From NCBI RefSeq assembly GCF_009914755.1, contig NC_060928.1: 64,000 nucleotides of DNA; one strand, written 5' to 3'. Below, in pieces: positions 1 through 13,050 of the stretch. Below the pieces are notes generated by a model. It was not told the DNA's origin, did no database searches, and saw nothing but the letters and a program-made list of their open reading frames with translations. The translations under genes and the position numbers were made by a program. The first letter of the stretch is position 1. Each line of letters opens with the position of its first letter. Origin of the DNA: the human T2T-CHM13v2.0 reference genome, Homo sapiens.

Positions 1-729
1 CCCTTTGCAATAATTTTCAGGAGTGGAGGACATTCATGGACACAGGGGAATTCTCACTTCAAATAAAGCATATCTTCTCTCAGTTAGAAACGGAAAGAAA
101 AAAAAGGTGAGTGTATGTGTGAGGAAACCTGATGGCAAGGACTCAAGTCTCCAAGTGACAACCCCCAACTCCATGGGGGGATGAGTCATGCTTACTGAGC
201 TCAGAAGCTGAACAGACTCCAACCCTGTGGGCAGCCCCTCTGTCTTAATTAAAGTCTCCTATGTCCCCACATCAATGGAGTGTGGGCGCCACTCTATAGA
301 GGCAACCAGAGTGAGTGCGTGCTGGGCAAATGGCAGCTCGATTACACAAATCCCTGTGCTTGCAATGTGGTCCTGACCCAGGTTCTGAACTTGCACCTCC
401 TGCTGCTGGCACCTGTTCGTGCTCCTCTCAGGTCTCCCTCTTGCTCCCTACTTCAGGCTGAGCCAAAGAATTAAGCCTCTCCTAAGACAGGCTTGGCCAT
501 AAGGCAGCCCGGACATGAAGTCACATTCTACAGACTCCCAGTGGCACCGCTAGTGTGAGAGTTTCTTCGTGAAGGAAATTTCGATGATAAGTTAATTCTA
601 TTGACAGACGGCCAGGAAATTGGTCAGGCCTACTATGGTCTTTAGATTCACTCTACTGGTGGCACTGCCTACATTTCCTCATAAATCAGAGGGTCTCAGA
701 GTCCAAAGGAAACTTGGAAGAAGTGATGC

Positions 730-850
730 TTTATGTTTGGAAAATTGAAGCACAGAGAGGTTGTATGACTTGCCTAAGTCACATAGCTAGTAACTGTGGA
801 AGTCTAAATTCAAATTCAGGTACATCTGATTCCAACATAGGCTCTTTCTA
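730..850 (-). mobile_element. MIR SINE fragment
   Basis: aaattgaagcacagagaggttgtatgacttgcctaagtcacatagctagtaa matches the reverse complement of the MIR core. Confidence 0.8.
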
Positions 851-1189
851 ATACACCAGAGTCTCAAAATCTTGCCCCTTTAAAGATGTTTCAGGAATTC
901 CAGAAACAATAGTGTTTTCCACCAAATAATAAAAAATGTTTTAAAATCAGTCATAAATAGTTCATCTCCTTTATCTATTTTTAATTGGAATTTATCAGGT
1001 TTCTATTCAAAGAAGTTTAAACAATATTACACTGACATGTGCTCAATGAAAATGAAATGATCCATGTTTTTGGAGTTAGTTGGCTGACTTAGAATTGGCC
1101 AACAGTACAACAGAATATAAAAAGAGCCTTGTTGGTTAAAGCATATGAACTGGGAATGCGCCGCACTCAGAAGTGGAGAGGGCCATGTG

Positions 1190-1541
1190 CTGCTAGATGC
1201 TGCCCTCAGGTTGGAGAAGAATTAACTCTGAGATCCCGCAGCCTTTGTGGAAGAGCGCCCCCTCCACCAAGGGTACACCTCCTCCCCATGGACAGCTCTC
1301 TTCCAGCGTCTCATCACTGGGTTCTGCCAGGGTACAGTGGCCTTAAGGGAACAACTCATCTCAGCCTCCCAGCTCCAGAGCCCCTGTGAGACGAGCTGAG
1401 AACTTTTTTGCAACTGCATTTCAGCCTAATTTTCCCTTCTGCTCAATTCTTCCTCCCCTACCCCCTCACACTCCCCAGGGAAGCACCTGCATGCGAACCA
1501 CAGAGTCTCAGTGTCTACTTCCTGCAGAATCTGACCTAAGT
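1190..1541 (+). mobile_element. ERVL LTR, LTR16-like
   Basis: 3' end cctgcatgcgaaccacagagtctcagtgtctacttcctgcagaatctgacctaag resembles the LTR16-family terminus. Confidence 0.55.
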
Positions 1542-1663
1542 CAGGTGGGTGAAACTGTGCCACTTAGAACTGTAAGATCTGTTATTACTATTTTTAAACA
1601 GAAAATATTAAATCCAATATGCAGTGATTTAGAAAAGTAAAATATGTAGTCAAGCAGATTACT

Positions 1664-1689
1664 TAATAAATATATATATATATTTATTA
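1664..1689. repeat. 26-bp perfect AT palindrome
   Basis: taataaa(ta)6tttatta is its own reverse complement. Confidence 0.9.
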
Positions 1690-2419
1690 TATATAAAAAG
1701 ATGTTTATTTTTCTTTAAATTATAGGTCATATCCTTCAACTATGTGTATATTCTAGTTTTTTAAACTGAAAAAGATATTTTTAATAGAACTAAGCTTCAT
1801 TAACTGGATTATGTCTTCTACGATCAGTAATCACACCTGATAAAACATTGTTTTTTGGTCCCCTATTAGCCAAGCTACTCCCAGTCACCATGTGGTACCT
1901 ACAAGGTGCTGAGAGTGAGATAAACTCTATTTCAGTGTGACTAGCCCTCATCACTGGTAAAGATTCAACACTCGAAAAGGAAAAGGGACAGATAAGGTGA
2001 TGGTACTTCCATTTCCTATGAAGACAAAAGACATATCTGAGGCAAATATGGCAATATCTAAAAAAATTGAGTAGTATCAGATGACAGATTTCGGCCTTCT
2101 CTGTGTTTGAGATATCTTATTACCAAAATGATTAATTTTTAATAGTATTTATTCACTTCCAGGCTGGATATCAGCATATGATTAGTAACCATGAAACAAA
2201 TAATACCTGATTGTTATTCTGCCATTGACATGATGTCCATCACTCAGGTCACTTGTCACCACCTCTTTGTCATCCCTGTGTTTTGTAGATTACAAAAAAT
2301 ATGGACTCACAAGCTGGTTCTATATAAGTGCCCCTGTGAAAAACACTGCTCTTTATTTCCTAAGATCTCGTCGTTTTTTCTTCCTTATAAATACAAAATC
2401 TGAGAGTTACTCAGTGCAT

Positions 2420-2815
2420 TGCCGACATAGATGCATTTTCCACCAGTTCTTGCAAGTAATTATGACCATGTGACCAACTATTAACCAATGAATAAAAGTA
2501 TCCCCAATATGGGCAGCTTCTTGGAAGTGTCCCCAACATGAAGAGGTAGCCCTTTCTTTTTCCCTTTTTCTTTACTGTTGTCTGGAATAAAGAAATAGTG
2601 CCTGGAGCTGTTCTTGTCATCATGGACAGTAAGGTGGCATTCTAAGCATGAAGAGGTAAGACAGGAGGATCCTGGTGCCAGATAATTATGGCACCATGCA
2701 TCCTGGACCAGACACTTTGTTTACCTAAATAAGAAAGTCTGGTCTATTGCAATACAATCGCCATGTTTAGGAAATTTGAGGTTATTTGTCACATGCAGAT
2801 GAACCTAATCATAAT
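2420..2815 (+). mobile_element. Old MaLR LTR, MLT1I/J-like
   Basis: gaccatgtgacc...ccaatg, gcctggagctg and terminal ttatttgtcacatgcagatgaacctaatc are MLT1-type motifs. Confidence 0.55.
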
Positions 2816-3569
2816 AAAAATTGTCACTAAAAAATCCCGTCACTTCTAGATTGGGCCACACTTTACTCATTTCTGAGAGATGACACAGTTTTAATTTAAA
2901 GAGTTCCAAAGAGGTAGAAATCACAAATACACACTAAACAAGTATTTAATCATTGTCAAGTATCCTTTCTTCCAGGCTGGTGAGTGAATCAGAATCTGAG
3001 AAGGTTATCACGTGGTTTCATAAAGGACATTTTGTTTACATTTTGGTATGTTGAATGTAGTAATGCAGAAATTAATAAAATTACTTATATTATTAAATTG
3101 ATTACTAACTTCTTTTTACTTTACAGACCAGTTTGTCACAGCAGATCACAAAATGCTTGAGAATATAGCTAGATAACCAAGTTTTGTTCATGAAGAATTT
3201 TTAGGAAATGGTTTTGGGTTAATTATAAAAGTTCTGATTATATTGTAGAGTTTTATTGTAGAGTTCATTATTTAATAAGGAAACCTACATGTTTTTTCTA
3301 ATAAACATCCAGTTCAAATGATGGGGTTATTTAAGTAGGTGATAAAAAGCAAAAATTATTCATTTTGATTAGGAGAAAGACAATAATTCTGAATTTTAGC
3401 AACATCACACTACCAGGTAATTTTATCCCACTTCCCATGCACTGGCCAGAGAGTAAGGAAAGAAGCAAGCTCTAGCTTTCAAACGAAGATGCAGACTGAA
3501 CAAATAAATTAGCATCTCTCCATCTGAAGACCTCACTGAAATACCAGTAAAGGAATGTTTTAAGGCATG

Positions 3570-6230
3570 AAACACAGTTCTAGAGGCTGGGAAGTCCACG
3601 AGCATGTTGCTGGCATCTGGTGAGGGTCTTCTTGCTGTGCTATCCTATGGCAGAAAACAGAAGTGAGCACATGAGGCCAGGTGTGGTGGCTCACATCTGT
3701 AATCCCAGCACTTCGGGAACCCAAGGCAGGCAGATCACCTGAGATCAGGAGTTCGAGACCAGACTGGCCAACATGGTAAAACCCTGTCTCTACTAAAAAA
3801 TACAAAAAAAATTATCTGGGCCTGGTGGTGCATACTCACAGTCTGAGCTACTTAGGAGGTTAAGGCAGGAGAATCGTTTGAACCTGGGAGGTAGAGGTTG
3901 CAGTGAGCTGAGATCGATCCACTTCACTCCAGCCTAGGCAACAGAGTGAGACTCCAACTCAAACAAACAAACAAACAACAGCAGCAAAAAAAAAAAAAAA
4001 ATGAGCCCATGAGACAGAGAGAGAATATCGGGCCAAGCCCACTTCTGCAATAACTAACCCTCTCCTATAAAAATGGCCTTAATCCATTCATGAAAACAAT
4101 GTTCTCATGGCCTAATCACTTCTTAATACTGTTATAATGAGGATTAATTTTCCAATATAAGAAATGTGGAAGACACATTCAAACCATACATTCTGCCTCT
4201 GGATCCCAAACTTTATGTCCTGCTCACGATGCACAAATATATTTTTTCCATCCTGATGGCCCCAAAGTCTTAACTTATTCCAGCATCAATTTAAAAGTCC
4301 AAAGCCTGAAGTCTGATCTAAATAAGATATAGGTGAGAGTCAAGGCATGACTTCTCCAGAGGCAAATCCTTCCAGCTGTAAGCCTGCAAAATCGAAACTA
4401 GTTGACTACTTCCAAAATACAATGGTGGGCATAAGATAAACATTCCCATTTCAAAGGGAGAAATAGACAAATATAAAGAGGTAACTTGTCCTAAGTAAGT
4501 CTAAAACTCAATAGAATAAAACATTAAATGTTAAAGCTGGAAAATAATCTCCTTTGACTCCATGTCCTGCAACCTGAGCAACCTGGGGAGTGGGAGTGGG
4601 GGCAAATCCTTGGGCATCCCAGTTCCTATATCTTTGCTGAGCTCAGTCCAAGCTTTGGCTATCTAGGGCTGGGGGCACTCTGGTGGCCCTACGGTTCTGT
4701 GGTCTTGGGGGTGGCCCCCACTCCCACAGCCCTGCTAGGCATTACCCCAGTGAGGACTCTGAGTCAACACTGCCTCTGTGCCAGGTTTCTCCCTGGGCTT
4801 CCAGGTGGTCCAAGGCATCTTTTGAAGGCTAAGTGGATGAAGCCATGTCCCCACAACTTGGCATTCTGCATGCCTGCAGAATTAGCACCACATAGGTGCT
4901 ATCAATGTTTATCACTTGTACTTTAGAAATGGTAGGTTGAGTAGCACTTGGGGTTGCTTGAGCCATAGCTGGGGCAGCTGAGGCATGCTGCACTAAAATG
5001 CAGGGAGCAGAGTCCTGAGGCAGACCTCGGCAGTGGGTCCATGGAGGACACTCTTGGCCCATCCCCTGAAACCATTCTGCCCTCCTAGAGCTCTAGGCCT
5101 GTGATGACCATGGTGGCCTCAAGGATCTCTGAAATACCTTTGGGGATTTTCCTCATTGTTTTGATAAATAGCATCTGGATCCCTCCCATTCATCATAATT
5201 TCTATCAAATGGTCACTTGGTTACACTCATAATATTCTCTCTCAAACACACTTTTACTTCTTCTTTTCACATGACCAGGCTGCATTTTTTTCCAATCTGC
5301 TTTTCTTTTAATTGTAAATTATATCTTTAAGTCTATCCTTTGCTCTTGCATCTCACTGTACATGGTTAAAAGTAGCCCATGCAGCAAGCCCATGCCTTGC
5401 TACTTAGATATTTTTTCCACCATATGTCATATTTCAATGCTTTTAAGTTCTGTATTTCATTAAACCCTAGGATATGAACACAATTCAGCCAAGGTATTTG
5501 CCACTTTATAACAAGGATGACTGACAATCTAATTTTCAAGACCTTGCTCTTCACATCCATCTGAGATTTCATCAGGATGACCCTTACTATCCATATTTCC
5601 ACCAACATTTTGGTCACAGCAACTTGGGTAATCTCTAAGAAGATTTAGATGTTCTTCACAGCTCTCTTCTTCTGAGCCCTCAGCAGAATAATCCTTAATG
5701 CTCTGTTCATGGCAATACAGGCTTCTGCTTATTTGCTCCTCCAAATTCTTTCAGCTTCTGCCCTTTATCCAATTCCAAAACTGCTTCCACATTTTCAGGT
5801 ATTTATTGTAGCAACAACTCCCTCTCAATATCAATTTTCTATCTTAGTCTATGTTCTGCTACTATAATACTACACACTGGGTAATTTATAAAGAAGAAAA
5901 ACATTTCTCACAGTTCTGGGGACTGAGAAGTCCAAAAGCATGGTGTCAGCATCTGATGAGGGCCTTCTTGCTGCATTATCCCATGGCAGACAGCAGAAGG
6001 TGCAAGTGAGCAGTTGAAACAGAGAGAAGATCAGGCCAAGCTCATTTTTTTTATTAGGAACCCACTCCTGCAAAAACTAACCAACTTTCTCAATAACATT
6101 ATTAACCCATTCATGAGAGCAGCAATCTCACGGTCTAATTGCCTCTTAAAGGCTTCACCTCTTAAAGCTGTTATAATGGAGATTAAGTTTCTAACACATA
6201 AACTTTAGGGGACATATTAAACCAGAGCAA
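3570..6230 (-). mobile_element. MaLR provirus, MSTC/MSTD-like: LTR ~3570-4190 (Alu-interrupted), internal ~4191-5840, LTR ~5841-6230
   Basis: Two similar LTRs (cacagttct...gaagtcca...gcatctg.tgaggg.cttcttgctg) flank an internal region; ORF 5529-5744 resembles the THE1-int peptide at 51553-51975. Confidence 0.8.
3675..4000 (+). mobile_element. AluS, full length, inserted in the MST LTR
   Basis: Dimeric Alu with A-tail; degenerate TSD aagtgagcacatga / aaatgagcccatga. Confidence 0.95.
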
Positions 6231-6829
6231 ACACTAAGTACAAAAATATTGAAAAGGAGAGAGTAACAACACAATATTTAAAGCTAGGAAGCAGAAAGAC
6301 AAGTGTAATTGACCTGCAAGGCACCAAAGAGATAAGAGCTTTCCATCTTGCACTGTGGTACCTCCCTAAGGTTCAGACATTAGCATCCTCAGGACCTCAT
6401 GGAGATGGACATAAATGTGGAGATGAAAATGGGTATGCAGGTAGATGATCTCCTTACAAAGTCATTGGATATTCATATTCTGTCCATCACTCCAACGCTG
6501 GCTGCAAATGCAGATGTGCTGTATAAGAAAGGTAGAATAGAGGATGTATGGACTAGAGGACACTGAATAAAGCTTATGTCTGGTGTGCTAAACACAAGAA
6601 GTTGAAGTAAAGATTATGTTCTAAGTGTTTATATCTCCTTGATTCCCAAGTCTGTACAAACCAATACACTAGGAAATCATTCCCCAGGAAATCTGGCCAC
6701 TTGATGAAAAATAACCTAAAGACACTCATATCAGGATCCTCTTACAATTTATTCTAGCTACAGCACCTGACAATGAGGCCCAGGGCCAAACATTCCAGCC
6801 ATATGCCTAAAATTGCATCCAAGTATGAA

Positions 6830-7760
6830 CTAGGCATCAGACTTCTCAAGAGGGGCTCCTAAAGCTGAAAGACAATGAAGAAATGGCTTCAAATTACTCA
6901 GCGAAAGTTATTTCTAACTTTCCTTTAGAAATTTTCTGTCTTAGTTTATTAGTGATTATTAATTTTATGTGTTGACTTGATTAGGTCACAGAGTGCCCAG
7001 ATGTTTGATCAAACATTATTCTGGGTATGTTTTGGAGGTGTTTCTGAATGAGATTAACATTTGAATCAGTAGACTGAGTAAAGAGGATTGCTCTCACAAA
7101 TGTGGGTGTACCTCAGCCACTCAGTTGAAGGCCTGAATAGAACAAAAAGGCTGACTGTTAATCTGAGTAAGAGAAAATACTTTGCCTAACTGCTTTTGAA
7201 TTGTTAACATTGGAGCTTTTCTCGCCTCAGACCTGAAAAGGACCATTGGTTCTTCATGGGTCTTAAACCTGCAGATTTTTGAATGAAAACTACACCATAG
7301 ACTCTCTTGGTTCTTAGGCATTCAGACTCAAACAGGAGGTAAACCTTTGGCTTTTCTGGTTCTCCAGTTTGCCAACTCAACCTGCAGAACTTGGGACTTG
7401 CCAAACTCTATAACTGTGTGAGCCAATTCCTATAAATAAATAAGTACTATTAGTTCTGTTTCTCTGGAGAACCCTGACTAATACACCAACTAAGCTAGCA
7501 AAATGTCAACTCAGTGTGAAGAGGGAATAATGACATGTCAGGTCACAAAAAAATACCTCATTTTCTCCCTTTGTTAGAAAACTAAAAGAGTGAGGGCTCC
7601 ACCAAGAAGAATGGACCAATAATGCAAAAGCAATAGAATCTAGAAAACAGATTCCTACACAAGAGACAAGAGTATCCCTAGCATGATGGTTTAGGGGGAT
7701 CCCAGCCGCCATTCTAAAGAATAACTAGTCTTCTAGATCCAATCAGAAGTTTCCAAGAGA
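6830..7760 (+). mobile_element. HAL1 (L1 ORF1-like) fragment, split by MLT2
   Basis: gcatcagacttctcaa...gctgaaagacaatgaagaaatggcttcaaa and gctccaccaagaagaatgg...tagaaaacag resemble HAL1. Confidence 0.6.
6952..7485 (+). mobile_element. MLT2B/D solo LTR (ERVL)
   Basis: Starts gtgattattaattttatgtgttgacttg, ends gttctgtttctctggagaaccctgactaataca. Confidence 0.9.
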
Positions 7761-9889
7761 GATGGCTCCAATAGGCGATAAAAATCCAATTCTAGATTTG
7801 TTTGTATTGAGAGGATGTTTCAACAAATTGGGAGAGAACTCATAAAAAAATGCAGTAACAAAGTATATTTTAAAACCATACAAACGCATGAAAGTATACA
7901 ACTCACAGGTTTTATATAGCAATTATATAATTGAGACTACAAAGCACATAGATAACAATTAACATTATAACATATCAATATTATGTGAGGTTTGTTCCTG
8001 TCATAATGTTAATTGAATCTATAGATCTATCCGTAAAGATGTGGGAAAGTCCATTTGAACATAAATGGATTAAAAACTCAACCTAAAATATATAGATTGG
8101 TAGAATGGATTTTAACAAGAGGATCCAACCATATGCTGCTTATAAGAAATCCCCGACTGATATGACACAGTCTCAAAGTAAAAGGGTGGAAAAAGATTCC
8201 TTGCAAATGAAAACCAAAAGTTAAAGGAGTAGCTATATTAATATCAGATAAAACAGACTTTAAATCAACAACAGTAAAAACAAGGTGAAAAAGGTTATTA
8301 TATAATGATAATGGGATCAATTCAATAACAAGATATAACAAGCCTAAATATATATGCATCAACACTAGAACACCCAGATGCATGAAACAAATATTACTAC
8401 AACTAAGAGAAAAGATAGATAGCAATGTAATAATAGTAGGGGACATCAACACCCCACTGAGCTCTAGACAGATCACTGAGGCAGAAAATCAACATAGAAA
8501 CACTGAACTTAAATTAGATTCTAGACCAAATGGACCTAACATATATTTATAGAACACTTTACCCAACAATCACAGAATATACATTATTCTTACCAGCACA
8601 TAGAACATCCTCCAAAATGGATCATATTTAGGCCACAAAACAAGTCTTAATAAATTTTTAAAAACAGAACATATTAAGTATCTTCTTTGACCACAGTGGA
8701 ATAAAACTAGAAATCAATACCAAGATGAGCTCTCAAAGCTGTGCAAATACATAGAAATTTTAAAACCACTCCTGAATGGTCTTTGGGTTAATGATGAAAT
8801 TAAGATGGAAATTTAAGAATTTTTCGAATTGCATGAAAATAGAAAAAAAAAGCAAAATATCTGGGATACAGCAAAAGCAGTGCAAAGAAGGAAGTTTATA
8901 GCATTAAATGCCTACATAAAAAAGGAAAGGTCACAAATTAACAACCTAATGTGATAAACTAGATAAACAAGAATAAACTAAGCCCAAATCTAGCAGAAGA
9001 AAAGAAATAACAAAGATCAGAGCTAAACTAAATGCAATTGAGAATAGAAAAACAATGTAAAGGAACAACAAAATGAAAAGTTGGTTCTTTAAAAAAATAA
9101 ACAAATTGATAGAAAAATAAAATTGATATTAGAATAACCAGGAAAAAAAACAGAAAAGATTCAAATAAGCACACACAGAAATGAAAAAGGAGGCATTAAA
9201 ACTGATATCACAGAAATACAAAAGAGTCAGACTATTATGAATGCATCTATGCTCACAAACTAGAAAACTGAGAGGAAATGGATAAATTCCTGGAAACATG
9301 CAGCCTCCTAAGATTGAACCACAAAGAGATGGAAATCCTGAACAGACAAATAATGAATAGTGAGATTGAATGAGTAATAAGAAAAAAGCTCCCCACCCCA
9401 GAAAAAAAGCCCAGGATCAGATAGGTTCAAAGCCAAATTCTACCAGACATCCAAAGAATACTGGTAACAATATACTGAAACTGTTCCCAAATATGAAGAA
9501 AAGAATCCTTCCTAACTCATTCTACAAAGCGAGCATAACCCTGATACCAAAGCCAGGCAAAGACACAATAAAATAATGAAATTACAGACCAATATCTCTG
9601 ACAAATATAGATGCAAAAATCTTCAATAAAATACTAGCAAAAAGCATATCAAAAAGATAATACCCTGTAATCAAGTGGATTTTATTGCAGGGATACAAGG
9701 ATGGTTCAATATTCACAAATCAAAAAATGTAATTCACCAAACAGAATTAAAAGGAAAAACTGTATGATCATCTTGATAAATGCAGAAAAAGCATTTCATA
9801 AAGTTGAGCATCTCCTCATGATAAAAGTCCTCGATAAACTAGGCATAGAAGGAACATACTTCAAAATAATGTACAATAAACAATATATA

Positions 9890-10183
9890 TCAGGTCGGTG
9901 CAAAAGTAATTGCGGTTTTTGCCATTACTTTTAATGAAAATGAAAACCAAAGTTAACAGGAGTAGCTATATTGATATCAGATAAAACAAGACTTAAATCA
10001 ACAACAGTAAAAACAAGGTGAAAAAGGTTATTATGTAATGATAATGGGACCAATTCAACAACAAGATATAACAAGACTAAATATATATGCACCAACACTA
10101 GAGCACTCAGATGCATGAAACAAATATTACTTTTACCATTACTTTTAATGGCAAAAACCGCAATTGCTTTTGCACCGACCTAA
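9890..10183. mobile_element. MADE1 (Hsmar1-derived MITE) with internal L1-derived insertion
   Basis: Inverted repeats tcaggtcggtgcaaaagtaattgcggtttttgccatta and taatggcaaaaaccgcaattgcttttgcaccgacctaa; TA at 9888-9889 and 10184-10185. Confidence 0.95.
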
Positions 10184-11944
10184 TACAATAAACCTACAGC
10201 CAACATCATAATAAATGGGAAAAAGTTGAAAGTGTTCCTCCTAAGAACTGGAACAAGATAGGGATTCCCACTTTCATTACTCCTATTCAACATAGTACTG
10301 GAAGTTCCAGCTAGAGCAATCAGACAAGAGAAATAATAAAAGGCATTCAAATAAGAAAAGAGAAAATCAAATTATTGTTTGCTGAGAACATAATCTTATA
10401 CCTAGAAACCCTCAAGACTCCAAAAAACTCCTGGATTTAATAAATGACTTCAGTAAAGTTTCAGGATACAAAATCGACATACAAAAATCAGTAGCATGTC
10501 TATATACCAATAATAATCAAGCTAAGAATCAAATTTAGAACTCATTCTCATTTACAATACCTACAAAAAAATAAGTAAAATAGCAAGGAATTCATTTAAA
10601 CAAGGAGGTGAAAGATCTCTACCAGGAGAACTACAAAACACTGATGAAAAAAGATCATAGATAACACAAACAAATGGAAAAAACATCCCATACTCATGGA
10701 TTGGAAGAATCAATATTGTTAAAATGACCATACTACCCAAAGTAATCTATAGGTTCAGGGTTCTTCCTATCAAATTACTAATGTCATTCTTCACAGATTA
10801 CAAAATCCAATCCTAAAATTCATGTGGAACCAAAAAAGAGCCTGAATAGCTAAAGCAATCCTAAATAAAAGGAACAAAGCAGAAGGCATCACATTACCTG
10901 GCTGCAAATTATACTACAAACCTAAACAGCATGGTTTTGGTATAAAAATAGACACATAGATCGGTGATACAGAATAGATGATTAAGAAACAAAGCCCTGT
11001 ACCTACAACTAACTTATCTTCCAAAAAGTCAACAAAGACATACACGGGGGATAGGACATCCTATTTAATAAATGCTGCTGGGAAAGTTTGACAGCCACAT
11101 GTGGAAGAATGAAACTGGATCTCTACCTCTCACTGTATACAAAAACTAACTCGAGATGGCTCAAAAACTTAAATATACAACCTGAAACTATAAAAATCCT
11201 AGAAGAAGACCTGCGAAAAATTTTTCTGGACATTGGCCTAGAAAATGAATGTATAACTAAGACCACAAAAGAAAATGCAACAAAAACAAAAATAGATTAA
11301 TGAGACATAATTAAACTAAAAAACTTCTGCATAGCAAAAGAATAATCGACAGAGTAAACAGACAATCTACAAAATGGGAAAAATATTTTCAACCTATGCA
11401 TCTGATGAAGGACTCATATTCAGAATCTCCAAGGAACTCACACAACAACTCAACAAGAAACCAAGTAATCCCATTAAAAAGTGGGCAAAGAACTTGAACA
11501 GACATTTTTCCAAAGAAGACATATGAGCAGCCAACAAACATATGAAAAAGTGCTTAATATCGCTAATCATCAGAGAAATGCAAATTAAAACCTCAGTGAG
11601 ATACTATCTTACACTAGTCAGAATGGCTATTATGGGAAAGGAACAACACCACATATATTGTTAAGAATGCAGAGAAAGGGAACACTTATAAACTGTCAGT
11701 GGGAATGTAAATTAGTAGAAGCTCTATGGAAGAGAGTGTGGAAATTTCTCAGAGAGCTAAAAAATTAGAATACTATTCAACCCAGCAATCTCACTACTGA
11801 GTATCTACCCAAAGACAAGAAATTATTATATAAAATTATTATATTAAAAAGAAACCTGTACTTGTATGGGAGCACTATTCACAGTAGCAATGTTATTCAA
11901 TCAACCTAAGTGTCCATCAATGAATGATTGGATAAAGAAAATGC

Positions 11945-12094
11945 AGTGTGTGTATGTGTGTGTGTGTATATATGCATATACATATATATGTATGTATATA
12001 CACAGTGTGTGTATATGCAGTGTGTCTGCGTATATATATACACACACATACACTGCATTTTCTTTATGTGTATACACACACACACACACACACA
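11945..12094. repeat. (TG)/(TA)/(CA) compound microsatellite inside L1
   Basis: Seen directly. Confidence 0.9.
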
Positions 12095-12529
12095 CCATGG
12101 AATACTACTCAGCCATATAAAAGAATGAAATCATGTATTTTGTGAAACAAAAATGAAAGTGGTGGCCATTATCCTAAGTGAAACAACTTGAAACAGAAAG
12201 TCAAATACCACATGCTCTCATTTATAAGCGGGAGCTATACAATTGTACACATGGACACATAAATGGAATAGTAGATGTCAGAGACCCTGAAAGGTGATAG
12301 GGTGAGAGTGGGGTGAGGGATGAGAAATTACCTATTGGGTATAATGTACACTATTTGAGTGATGGGTACACTAAAAGCCTGCACTTCATCACTATGCAAA
12401 ATATCCATGTAACAAAACTGCCCTTGTACCCCCTTAATCTATAAAAATTTTAAAATTTTTAAAAAGTTTACATTTTTAAAAAAATTTAAAAATTGAAAGC
12501 CAAATATCCAACCAATCAAACAAAATTAA

Positions 12530-13050
12530 AAGTTCTGCAATAGAGAGATAGTACTGATAACATGCTACATAGTTCAGCTATGATAAATACCAAATTATTT
12601 TAACAAAAAAATGTGACGTAACTATACATTATAAAATTGCTAACATTCAAACACTTTTGACTAAGAACAATGGCAATTTCATAGAGTTCTACCTAACATA
12701 ACAGTAAGTTGGGGTTAGGGGTTGGTGAGCCCTATACATGTTGGCCAAGGATGTGATAAAAGACAGCTAATTCCTCATCTTCCATAGAAGGAAATCAGTC
12801 AATAATGCCTGAAACTGACAAGTCCAGAAACAGCAGGGAAAACATGTCAACTCAACATATACAGGGAAATGTCAAAAGGAACAACAAAAGTAATGAGAGC
12901 TACTGCTTTTGGATGAGTCCAGTAAACATGGGCAGTGGATGGGGTCAGGGAGAGAGAATATATTGTTCTTGTCCTATTGAGCTACTTGCATCTTCAAATG
13001 GTATTGGCCACATAACTGTCATAAAGACAAAAACTAAGTTAAAAATAAAA
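12530..13050 (+). mobile_element. HAL1 3' portion
   Basis: aatgcctgaaactgacaagtccagaaacagca...ggatggggtcagggag...gagctacttg followed by an A-rich end. Confidence 0.55.

Larger units (their letters stand above)
7860..12500 (+). mobile_element. 5'-truncated L1, L1PB4-like, with decayed ORF2 and 3' UTR
   Basis: Endonuclease, RT and C-terminal ORF2 remnants (ORFs 9370, 11088, 11866); 3' UTR gggtacactaaaagcc...cttcatcactatgcaaaatatccatgtaacaaaactg; many stops and frameshifts. Confidence 0.92.

Noticed and set aside
1780-3170. Possible old hAT/Charlie transposon around the MLT1 LTR
   Set aside because: Only a weak terminal resemblance near 3140-3170; I cannot assign a family.
9890-10183. Long inverted repeat as a miRNA precursor or CRISPR-like unit
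   Set aside because: The arms are MADE1 TIRs; the ~200-nt loop is not pre-miRNA-like and there is no repeat-spacer array.
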